A DNA stretch of 63,142 nt, the filler included, from Octopus bimaculoides (lineage: Eukaryota), in the NCBI RefSeq assembly GCF_001194135.2. It is 5 parts of 4 records of this genome, joined end to end, with 100 filler letters (N's around TTAATTAATTAA, not from the genome) between each part and the next. Parts side by side here need not be neighbours in the genome. Positions count along the whole stretch, not along the records: positions 19,666 to 47,464 come from NC_068986.1; 4 more parts are not named here. The stretch is one strand, 5' to 3'. A program made the position numbers and the translations under genes. Positions within the stretch are counted from its first letter, which is position 1. Every line of letters starts with the position of its first letter. The notes below the pieces were generated by a model. That model had not been told where the DNA came from. It was given only the letters and a program-made list of their open reading frames with translations, and did not search any database. Of this stretch, positions 28,949 to 40,070 are shown piece by piece.

Positions 28949-29648
28949 TTAAACTGACCATGTCCAGCTCCAATATTTTATCTGTTTTATGTCTAAGCCA
29001 ACCAGATCTGGCTTTCTACAGTTATCTGGTAATGTCATTTTAGAACTAAACAATCTCATCATTGAAATCTCAAAGCCATAAGATAATACATGATTAATTC
29101 AAATGTGAATAAACAAGCAATACAGTTGACAGAATAATCTGAATGTTAAAAGGGATTAAAACCATTTGTAGTTTTTTTTTACCCCTAGGTCAGCCTTGAT
29201 TAGACATACTGATAAGCTTGTTTTTAAGGTGTTGCAATTATAATCATAAGATTATGGTTTCGATACCAAAAAGTGGGCAGCATGTTGTGCTCGTGAATGA
29301 AACACTCGGTTGCAAAAATGAGTTCCAGTAAAACTTGGGAAGTTAACCCTGTGATGGACTAGCATCCCATTCAGGGGAGTGTTGTAATCTCAGTCATTTA
29401 TATGCTGTGAAAATCAGGTTAAGCTCCAACCTTATCACTCCTAAAGATCATGACAATCCAAAGTCTAAGTCTAAATTGTTGCAGTGTATCAAGGACAATA
29501 TTATCCCAAGTTGTCCTTTCTTCTTTTTAAGGTTAACTACAAATCAGCCATATTGAAGACTGAGGAGCTGATTTTAAGAGAGATTTCACTTGTATTTCTA
29601 ACAAGTTTAGGGACCATGTAGAAGATTCTACCCTGACATGTTGATACA

Positions 29649-29736
29649 CAGGAGTGGCTGTGTGGTAAGAAGTTTACTTTCCAACCACATGGTTTTGAGT
29701 TCTTTTCCACTGTGTGGAACTTTGGGGATGTGTCTT
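29649..29736 (+). mobile_element. Family C tRNA-derived SINE head, truncated by the LTR insertion
   Basis: caggagtggctgtgtggtaagaagtttactttccaaccacatggtt...gtgtctt ends exactly where the LTR begins. Confidence 0.75.
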
Positions 29737-30030
29737 TGTTGTATAGTGAAACTGTATACTCCTCCAGGTAAAATGTGGTAGGATACAGCCATTATAAATA
29801 GACCAGTAGCCAGTCGTCAAAAGAGGGCTGAGAGTCGAAGAGTTGAGAGTTGAAGAGTTAAGAGTCGATAGTTCTAGTTGATGTCTTGTGGAGCTAACAG
29901 CGATAGTAAGACAGAAGAAGTTAGTGTATTACTATTCTGGTATCTGATGACTAGTAACTATTTTGGCTACTAGCGTAAAACAGTACAATGGTAGTCACAC
30001 ATCACACCAGTGGCAAGAACCCACTTTACA
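29737..30030 (+). mobile_element. 5' LTR of Ty3/gypsy element
   Basis: TGTTGTATAG...CCACTTTACA (TG...CA); TATAAATA near 29793; PBS-like TGGCGAC at 30035; gag follows. No 3' LTR visible. Confidence 0.72.
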
Positions 30031-30034
30031 ATAG

Positions 30035-31709
30035 TGGCGACAAAGAAAAACAAATTTATGTGGAGTGAAAAAAAAACATTCACATGGAGAGTTTAAACTA
30101 ATTCACATGGAAAATTGAATAACTCGACAAAAAAGAAACAAAAATCTTGTGCAAACTTATAAAAATCATAAAATATGGAAGACTTGTTAGCTGGGGTAGT
30201 TGAGTTGCAAAAGCAGCAACAACAACAACTCAAGGAACAACAAGAACAACAACAAGGATTGCAGCAGCAAATGTTACAACTAATGAAGTCGATAACCAAA
30301 CCAGAGAATACATTTTCAGCTGACCCTGTAGCAAATTCCATAAGCATATTCAAATATGACCCCAAAGAAGGAGTAACCTTTGAGGCTTACTTTCAAAGAT
30401 GTGAACAAAGTTTTGAAAAAGAATGTCAGGATTAGACAGACGAAATGAAAATGCATCTAATATTAAGAAAACTAGTGACAGCAGAGCATAGGAAGTGTAG
30501 TTTATATTGCCAAAAAAAGCATCCGACATAAATTTCACCGACACAATCGACATTTTGTGCAAAATGTTTAGTGAAAAGAACTCACTGTTTAATACTAGAT
30601 GGAAATGTTTAAACATAGAAAAGAGCGAAGATGAAGACTTCGCTACTTATACAGACAGAGTCAACTAAGAATGTGAGAGATTTAGGCTAGATGTGCTTAC
30701 TCCAGATTCTTTTGCACAAGGATTGACAGATAGAAGAGATGCAGAAATCCGAACGGATATTCTATCAAAACTGGAAATGAACCAGGATTTGACATTGCAG
30801 AAACTGTTGGAAGAGTGTGACAAGATATTAAAATTAAGGCATGACACAGAAGAAATTCAACGGAAAGAGTGTTTCCACATAAGACCAGTGCAAAAAAGTT
30901 GGGAGATAAATAAAGTGTCGCAGGAAAAACAGAAAAAATATTGGGGTCTAGACCCATGTATGGCATGTGGTGGGATGCACCGGAAAAAAGATTGTCCATA
31001 TAAAAAAGCAAAGTGTTTTCGCTGTGGGTTTACAGGACATATTACACTAGAATGATAGGAAAATGGAACAAACAAGAAAAATAGTTTATCAGCAGGAAAA
31101 GTTGTGACTACAAGAAACAGAAAATTCATGAATGTGAGAATTGAAACCACTAGTGTCAGAATGCAATTAGACATGGGAAATGACATCACAATCATAAATG
31201 AGAAAACATAGAACAAATGGGCAAACCAAAATTATGTAGTCCAAACAAAATAGCGTATGGTATCATGGGAAGAAAATTATATTTCATGGGCAAATGCATT
31301 TGTAATATAACGCTCAAAAGTCGAACCAAAAAAGTGAATGTTTATGTACTTTGAAAAAAAATCCATGAATTTATTTGGCACCAAATGTATGGAGAAATTT
31401 AATTTATGGGATACACCCATAAGCATTTTGTGCAATAACGTAAATGGAGCAGCCAAACGATCAAACGAGGTCAATGAACTGAGACAAAAAAATTAAAGAA
31501 GCCTGCCCAAAAGTTTTTTGGGAAGGTTTAGGCTGTTGCACAAAAACAAAAGCAAGGATTGTTATCACAGAAAATTCAACATCTATTTTCAGGCCCAAAC
31601 AGAACATGCCATTTGCAGTGGTAGACCAGGTCAATAAAGAACTAGAAAGGTTGGAAAGCCTGAATGTAATTGAAAAGATTGACCATGCAGACTGGGCAGC
31701 AATGGCGGT
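30035..31709 (+). mobile_element. Degenerate Ty3/gypsy gag-pol (gag, Zn knuckles, protease, start of RT), multiple stops and frameshifts, runs into gap
   Basis: Gag FKYDPKEGVTFEAYFQRCEQSFEKEC; CCHC-like CMACGGMHRKKDC and CFRCGFTGH; protease-like MQLDMGNDITIINE; RT start MPFAVVDQVNKELERLESLNVIEKIDHADWAA. Confidence 0.92.
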
Positions 31710-32699
31710 NNNNNNNNNNNNNNNNNNNNNNNNNNNNNNNNNNNNNNNNNNNNNNNNNNNNNNNNNNNNNNNNNNNNNNNNNNNNNNNNNNNNNNNNNNN
31801 NNNNNNNNNNNNNNNNNNNNNNNNNNNNNNNNNNNNNNNNNNNNNNNNNNNNNNNNNNNNNNNNNNNNNNNNNNNNNNNNNNNNNNNNNNNNNNNNNNNN
31901 NNNNNNNNNNNNNNNNNNNNNNNNNNNNNNNNNNNNNNNNNNNNNNNNNNNNNNNNNNNNNNNNNNNNNNNNNNNNNNNNNNNNNNNNNNNNNNNNNNNN
32001 NNNNNNNNNNNNNNNNNNNNNNNNNNNNNNNNNNNNNNNNNNNNNNNNNNNNNNNNNNNNNNNNNNNNNNNNNNNNNNNNNNNNNNNNNNNNNNNNNNNN
32101 NNNNNNNNNNNNNNNNNNNNNNNNNNNNNNNNNNNNNNNNNNNNNNNNNNNNNNNNNNNNNNNNNNNNNNNNNNNNNNNNNNNNNNNNNNNNNNNNNNNN
32201 NNNNNNNNNNNNNNNNNNNNNNNNNNNNNNNNNNNNNNNNNNNNNNNNNNNNNNNNNNNNNNNNNNNNNNNNNNNNNNNNNNNNNNNNNNNNNNNNNNNN
32301 NNNNNNNNNNNNNNNNNNNNNNNNNNNNNNNNNNNNNNNNNNNNNNNNNNNNNNNNNNNNNNNNNNNNNNNNNNNNNNNNNNNNNNNNNNNNNNNNNNNN
32401 NNNNNNNNNNNNNNNNNNNNNNNNNNNNNNNNNNNNNNNNNNNNNNNNNNNNNNNNNNNNNNNNNNNNNNNNNNNNNNNNNNNNNNNNNNNNNNNNNNNN
32501 NNNNNNNNNNNNNNNNNNNNNNNNNNNNNNNNNNNNNNNNNNNNNNNNNNNNNNNNNNNNNNNNNNNNNNNNNNNNNNNNNNNNNNNNNNNNNNNNNNNN
32601 NNNNNNNNNNNNNNNNNNNNNNNNNNNNNNNNNNNNNNNNNNNNNNNNNNNNNNNNNNNNNNNNNNNNNNNNNNNNNNNNNAAAAGCACAAGTAGGATG

Positions 32700-32835
32700 T
32701 GGCACAAGGGAACAGGGACACTAGGGTACTGGGAAACAAGGGCCTTGGGACACAAGGGTACTGGGGCACAAGAGGGCTGGAGCACAAGGACACTGGGGCA
32801 CAAGGACACTGGGACACAAGGGTACTGAGGCACTG
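32700..32835 (+). repeat. About 16-bp GC-rich minisatellite GGGCACAAGGGTACTG
   Basis: Degenerate tandem copies immediately after the gap. Confidence 0.8.
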
Positions 32836-33210
32836 CCTTGAGGGTTTTTATTTGAACAAATCAACCCTAATACTTTCATTTATGTTTTTAAGACTGGAAC
32901 TAGACCTGGAACCACATGGTTATAAATAAAGCTTCCTAACCACACAGTCATTCTTATATTTTGGCAAGACTTATATTTGACTGATTACATTTTTTTTCGT
33001 CCCCCAACACAAAATTTGCCTTTTTTTAAAGTGAAAACTTGTAACTCTCATATCTTCTCTAATGATATTGGAGACATCAGAGAAAACAACCTTTGTGTAC
33101 AAATGTTCAAAGTATTTAAAGAACAGAATAGAAAGAGGAAGTTGTGGCATTCAAACCTTTACCAGTACTTCATTTGTTCACAATTATTAGTAAACAATTT
33201 TCTGCAGATT

Positions 33211-33365
33211 GGCGTGGCTGCATGTTAAGAAGCTTGCTTCCCAACCACATGGTTCTGGCTTCAGTCCCACCATGTAGCACCTTGAAAAAGTAACTTCTAT
33301 TATAGCCTCAGATTAACCAAAGTCTTGTGAGTGGATTTGGTAGACGGAAACTGAAAAAAGCCCAG

Positions 33366-33399
<34 letters not shown>

Positions 33400-33419
33400 T
33401 GCCTGTTTGNNNNNNNNNN

Positions 33420-33453
<34 letters not shown>

Positions 33454-33665
33454 TGCCTGTTTGCCCCTCCTCCTAACACCACCAATTGACAATCAGTGTC
33501 GGTGTATTTATGTTCTTGTAACTTAGCATTTCGGTAAAAGAGACCAACAGAATGAGTAGAAGGCTTTAAAAAAATAAGTAATGAGAGTGATTCATTCAGC
33601 TAAAAATTCTTCCAGGTGCTGCCCTAGCATGGCCACAGTCTAATAACTGAAACAAGTGAAAAATA
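33211..33665 (+). mobile_element. Family C SINE with internal (TG)n; more decayed copy at about 33795-34230
   Basis: ccaaccacatggttctggcttcagtcccac...cttgtgagtggatttggtagacggaaactgaaa...gatagaataagta-like 3' part. Confidence 0.85.
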
Positions 33666-35155
33666 AAGGATAAAGGAATAAAATATTTAATTTTGGGGTG
33701 GATTATGTACAAAAGCCCTGAAAATGCTTTTGAAGTAAAGGAACATAAGGTTTTTAGGGTGGAAGGGCAGATATGGGAATTCTTTTTTACCCCATGACTA
33801 TGTGGTTAAGGAGCTTGCCTTTACAACCACATGGTTCCAAGTTCAGTCCTATGCACAGTATCTTCTACTATAGCTCTGGGTAAACTGAAAGAAGCCCAGC
33901 ATGTGTGTGTGTTTGTGTCTGTTTGTCCACCCCCTGAGTAAATTTGGTCAATGGAAACTGTATGGAAGCTCATTGTATATATGCTATGGGTGTGCATTTG
34001 TGTGTGTGTGTGTGTGTGTGTGCATTTGTGTGTGTGTGTGTCTGTGTTTTAATCACCCCTCCCACTGCTTCACAACTTGTATTGGTTTGTTGACATTCCC
34101 ATAACTTAGTGGTTTGACAAAAGGGAATGATAGAATAAGTATCAGAGTTAAAAAAGTAAATAATGGGTTCTATTTATTTAACTAAAACCCTTCAAGGGCC
34201 TCAGGCATGATTACAGTTCAGTCATTGAAAAAAAAAAAATTAAAATAAAAGCTAATGACATTAGTTAAATAATCAGTTTTACCAAATTCATTTTCAGCAA
34301 AAATCTCCAAACAATTATTCTATATAATTAATCTTTTAATTAATGTCATTAGAAAGAGGAAAGTTATCATATTTACAAATTTATGTTTAAATATAAGAAC
34401 AACTGTTTTTTAGTGAAGGATTCAGTGTCCATGGCTGATAGTGTAACAACACAGAAATGCTTGCATTCCACAGAATATTTCGAACTGCAAATATGAACTG
34501 TAAAAGAGAAATCTAATCTATGACATCAAATTCTTGAATTGTGAAATAATATATATTGGCCTAACAAGAAACTCATTATAAGAATGTATGTGAGTACACC
34601 TGCAACAAATTCAAGACAAGACCAAAATGCCTGTTAGATCCCATTAGGCAATCATTTAGAATCATACAATAAGAAAATGTTTTTAATATTTCCATTTTAC
34701 AAACTTTATTCAAGTGAAGTTAGAAGAAGAGTAAAAGAAAAGAATTTTATTGAGACACTTAAACACGTTCTTAATGGAAAATAATATGAAGAAGAAGAAT
34801 AATATTAACATTTATTTAATTAAATTATATTCAAAAACTGTAGTAATATTAACCGTATTCTCTATCTGTGTTTCTAATTGGTTAAAATGTTTCTACGAAA
34901 AAGCATGATCAATGTCAATTCCATTGCATTACCCCATTCATCAATCCATTATTATTTAAAGGAAAAAAAATCAATAATTTCACTACAGTTGTCAAATGAG
35001 AAGCACATTAGCTGCCTTTTTTTAAGTGTTACTACATAAACATTTACCTGAAGATTGTTATAAAACATGAAACTACTTGTGATATTATAAAATTATAAAA
35101 ACAGAAAAATAAAATTTGAAAATCAGACTGTGTTGGAATTTGATTGACTAATGTG

Positions 35156-35227
<72 letters not shown>

Positions 35228-35369
35228 TGTATCTATGTATACAAAGTGTTTGGCCTGAATTTGTCAGTTTGCATGAAAGGAAAAGAAAACACAATTTCAC
35301 ATCGAAAAATAACAGTATTTTAAAAAATCGAAACATACCAACAAGATTTTGGCTGAGAAATAACAGTTT

Positions 35370-35720
35370 ATTCAAAGTAGCTGTTCTCAGCTTTCATAAT
35401 GGCCTCAAGATGGCTCCGGAACCTGGTTCATGCGTTCCTCTCTGTGTCCTTGGAAGATCTTAATACATTTCCTTGTGTTGGGTCACCAGCTTGGTCTTCC
35501 TGTTGCAGGCAGAGCAGTTGGTGTACCCAACACATAGTAATCCATGGGATTACGATTGGGGAAATTAGGAGGCCAGAAATTGGGGCTGGTGAAGTCATAA
35601 AAATTCTCTGACAATCACTTCTGACTCTTTCTGGGGGTAAAAGGTGAGGAGCCAAAGTCTGCTGCCACACATATATAACACTGTTGGATTCATTGGTCCG
35701 TGTTATCAGCTGTGTTTGGA
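35370..35720 (-). mobile_element. Tc1/mariner-superfamily transposase remnant (possibly maT/DD37D-like), C-terminal part
   Basis: Frameshifted YVWQQ..AP.H, RKSQK*LSENFYDFTSPNFWPPNFPNRNPMDYYVLG (WPP.SPDLNP motif) and the end TRFRSHLEAIMKAENSYFE*. Confidence 0.8.
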
Positions 35721-36323
35721 AAGCAGTGGCCATCAGTTTAAACATTTATAAACATGCATTTAGCTGTTTATGCATTTAGCTATTAATCTTGTTCCTAAGT
35801 CAATAAACAATGCATTTATTGTTATTTAAAGAGTGAGTATATTTTTACAGGGACACCCTGTGTAATGGTGAAGCCATTCATGGGACCAGTCTGTGCATGC
35901 AAAATTTAAAAACTGGAGTTTGATTCTGGTGTTTGTTGTTTTATCTCAAACAATTGATCTTGCATCCATCAGCAGAAACCAATGACGTTTTTTTCAATAT
36001 CTCATATTTCTTCTGTAAAAGATACAAATTTAAATAAGTTATAAGAAGCATGGTGGTGGTGGTATTGTCCTTGGTGGTGTTGGTGGTGGTTGCGGTGGTG
36101 GTGGCAGTGGTTGTGATAATGGTGATGACAGTGGTGATGGTAGTAGTAGCAACAACAGTGGCAACGGCTGTGCCACTGGAGGTGATGGTAGTGGTGGTGG
36201 TGGTGGTGCTGGTGATGGTTGGTACTATAGTGTAGAAGCCTTCTTTTAGATTTTTCTTTTTCTTTTCTCTTTTGCTTCTTTTTTTATGCAGAGACTGATT
36301 AAAAGAAAATAGTTGATATATAG

Positions 36324-36355
<32 letters not shown>

Positions 36356-36434
36356 CCACCTTGAAGGTTTTTATCTGAAGGAATCACTACTGGTACTCAC
36401 ATTTAATTTTCTGCTAAGACCTGTGCATATTCTA

Positions 36435-36527
36435 ACAGTCTTTAATCACTAACTTACAGTCTTTAATCACTAACTTATAGTCTTTAATCACTAACTTACA
36501 GTCTTTAATCACTAACTTACAGTCTTT
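36435..36527 (+). repeat. 21-bp tandem repeat ACAGTCTTTAATCACTAACTT, about 4.4 copies
   Basis: Near-perfect copies read directly. Confidence 0.95.
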
Positions 36528-37069
36528 ATGTAAATAAAATAAATCAGTTAAAAAAAAAGACAAACTGTTTCCATCCATCAAATCCACATGAGACTGAGAT
36601 TATAATAGAAGACACTTGTCCCAGGTGCCACACAGTGGGACTGAACCTGAAACCATGTAGTTTGGAAGGAAACTCCTTGCCATGCTGTCATGTGCATGCC
36701 TATATGTATAATAGTTCTTATTCTTCCTTGATTTAATTAAATTTATTAACCCTTTTGATACCAATCCACCCCAGACTACCCCTTTTGGTTCTATGATGCA
36801 AACTTCCTGTTTCAAAAGGATCTAAATTAAAAGCTTTGATAAAAATTCCATGACTATTTATGTTCCAAACATCAGCTGAAGGTATTTTGATAAATTCTTC
36901 ATCATTTTCAAAATTAATTGAAACATGCAGTGAAAAAAACCTATTGAGTCAAGTACATCAACATCAACATCAGCATCAGCATCAACATCAGCATCAACAT
37001 CAACATCAGCATCAACATCAGCATCAATATCAAAATCAAAATGAAATCAAATGGAAATTGTAGTTGTGA

Positions 37070-37385
37070 CCCCCTTGCATGTAGCACATAAAAAGCACCA
37101 TCTGTACGTGGTTGATGCCAGAGCCACTTTGACTGGCTTCTGTGCCAGTGGCACGTAAAAAGCACCATCTGATTGTGGTCGATGCCAGCTCACTGGCCCT
37201 TGTGCTGGTGGCACATAAAAGTACCCACTACACTCTCAGAGTGGTTGGCGTTAGGAAGAGCATCTAGCTGTAGAAACACTGCCAGATCAGATTGGGGCCT
37301 GGTGCAGCCTCCTGGCTTCCCAGACCCCAGTCAAACCATCCAACTCATGCCAGCATGGAAAAATGGACGTTAACCGATGATGATG
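37070..37385 (+). mobile_element. Family B RTE-type 3'-tail retroposon
   Basis: aaaagcacc...cactacactctcagagtggttggcgttaggaagagcatc...gacgttaaccgatgatgatg. Confidence 0.85.
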
Positions 37386-37654
37386 CAGTGTATTTCAACA
37401 ATAATAAGGCAGCAAATGGGTTAATAAAATAAGATAACCAATAGATTTCTATATTTTTTGCACCATTTTTAACTTTAAGGGAATTTTATTTTTCAAACTT
37501 TTCTGCATTAAGAGTTTCACTAATTCTTTATTTAGTTACCTGCATATATCGAAAATCAAAGAAATTGAGAACCATCAGCTTATCTTGCTTATATAGCCTC
37601 TCTTCCTCTTTCTCCTTTTTATGTCTCTTAGTTTTATGTCTCTTAGTTTTATGT

Positions 37655-38485
37655 CTCTTATCAAGTACAGCAAATCACCACATCTCCCAGTCCCTTCTCA
37701 TTTCCTCACTAAGGCCCAGCATCAGAAGATCCTTTCTTACCACCTAGTCCCATGTCTTCCTGGGTCTACCCCCTTCCACAGGCTCCCTCCACAATTAAAG
37801 CTCAGCACTTCTTTACGTAGCTGTCCTCATCCATACACATCACATGACCAAACCAGCACAAGCTTCTCTCTTGCACACAACATCTGATGCCTCTTATACC
37901 CAGTTTCCCTCTTAAATCATTTACACCCTGTCTTGTGTGCACACTGACGTTACCCAGCCAGCAGAACATACTAGCTTCATTTCTTTCAAGCCTTTGCAAG
38001 TCCTTTGTAGTCAAAGCCCACATTTAACTGCCATGTAACATAGCTGTATGTACACAGGCATCATACAATCTGCCTTTCACTCTGAGGGAGAGGCCCTTAG
38101 TTACCACCAAAGATAAAAGCTCTCTGAACTTTTCCCAGCCTGTTCTTATCCCAGCAACTACACTTTCAGAACTACCCCACCTCCCACCCACTGCTAACTT
38201 GGTCTCCTAAGTAACAGAAGCTATCTACTGCTTCTAATGATATACCCGAGCATTTGGGGAAGCCTTTTACTTGCGTATTTTTAGTACTTATTGTACCTGC
38301 ACATTTGCCACCACATGCAAAGACTCCATTAACCTTTCTTTGATACCACTGCACCTTTTATGTGTCCAAAGCTTGCACTGGGTACAATGTATGGAGTTTC
38401 TACCAGTTCCCTTCTTACATACTGAACAAGGCCATCTCCCAGAAGGGACTTGTGATTTGTTTGTCTTCCTACTTACTACAACTTT
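37655..38485 (-). mobile_element. RTE-clade LINE ORF2 C-terminal fragment with PHD-like Cys/His finger, decayed
   Basis: WPCSVCKKGTGRNSIHCTQCKLWTHKRCSG, then VDSFCYLGD, WALTTKDLQRLERNE, LCWFGHVMCMDEDSYVKKC and a GRPRKTWD-like end. Confidence 0.88.
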
Positions 38486-39354
38486 ATATATATATATATA
38501 TATNNNNNNNNNNNNNNNNNNNNNNNNNNNNNNNNNNNNNNNNNNNNNNNNNNNNNNNNNNNNNNNNNNNNNNNNNNNNNNNNNNNNNNNNNNNNNNNNN
38601 NNNNNNNNNNNNNNNNNNNNNNNNNNNNNNNNNNNNNNNNNNNNNNNNNNNNNNNNNNNNNNNNNNNNNNNNNNNNNNNNNNNNNNNNNNNNNNNNNNNN
38701 NNNNNNNNNNNNNNNNNNNNNNNNNNNNNNNNNNNNNNNNNNNNNNNNNNNNNNNNNNNNNNNNNNNNNNNNNNNNNNNNNNNNNNNNNNNNNNNNNNNN
38801 NNNNNNNNNNNNNNNNNNNNNNNNNNNNNNNNNNNNNNNNNNNNNNNNNNNNNNNNNNNNNNNNNNNNNNNNNNNNNNNNNNNNNNNNNNNNNNNNNNNN
38901 NNNNNNNNNNNNNNNNNNNNNNNNTTATACACAAGAAGTGCCATCATTGAAGCTGTATCACTTGTTTCCAGTCTTCTGTGGAAAATATATCTAACCATGG
39001 CAAAATATTATTTTGCTTGGAAACAGATGAGGGTTGGCAACAGGAAGAGCTTCCATCTGTAGAACATCTGCCTCAAAAAATTCCAGCCACACGTGCAAGC
39101 ATGAAAAAGTGGATGTTAGAAGAATGATGATGATGGTGGTGGTGGTGGTGGTGGTGGTGGTGGTGGTGATAATGTTATATTTTTGGAAGGTCATTTTTCC
39201 AATAACAAACACACACATTGGTTCTGTTTCATTTCTTATTATTATTGTAAGTCAACTACTTAACCAAATAAGTAATCAGTTGCTTAATTAATTGATTAAT
39301 TGATAAATTAATTAAGTACTAGTTCATTATTGTCAATAGTAAAAGACTTATCAA

Positions 39355-40070
39355 GAGTGTAAGGGATGGAGATCAGCCCTGAGAAGAACAAGATCCTGGT
39401 TAATAGTAACAACCAAAACACAGCAACCAGCATCATGCTAATCAGGGAGAGACTTGATGAAGTGGACACCTGCAAGTGCCTAGGATCCACTTTGACCAAT
39501 TACAGCAGATCTCAAATGGAGATAACAACAAGATTCAGTTTAGCCTTTGCTGTCATGACAAAGCTGAACACCATATGGAAAAGCAACTCCATTAGTTTTA
39601 CAACAAGACTTAAGAGTGTACAAGTTCCTGGTGGCTTTGGTCTTTCTGCATTGGTATGAGAGCTAGAATTATACAGCTGACATGGAATGAAGAATCCAGG
39701 CATCTGAGCACACAAGTGCTTCAGAAGGCTGCTACACAGAGCACAAAACAAACAACTTTGTCAGGCAGAGCAGACAGGAACCACTCCTAGCGCAGGTAAA
39801 AAGATGAAACCGCCTTGTCTGGCACTGTCATATGTCTCCTGTTACAATCTCTGTCCAAAACCATTCTTCTGGGCCTTGTTGAGGAAGGGCGAAAAGCAGA
39901 GAAAATCCTGGTCTGACAACATCAAGGCATCAAGGACTGGACAGGTCATAACACAATGAATCTGTTATGCATGAAAAAGAACAGAGACCAGTGGTGATGG
40001 CTGGCTACCAAAGTGTGTACTGTGGCACCCCAACGACTGGCTGCATCAGTTAAGGGATGTTGGTGATGAT
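39355..40070 (+). mobile_element. Second RTE-clade LINE 3' fragment (different family), decayed
   Basis: GMEISPEKNKILVN...LDEVDTCKCLGSTLT...EITTRFSLAFAVMTKLNTIWKSNSISFTTRLK, then RIQASEHKCFRRLL; ends in a (GAT)n tail. Confidence 0.8.
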
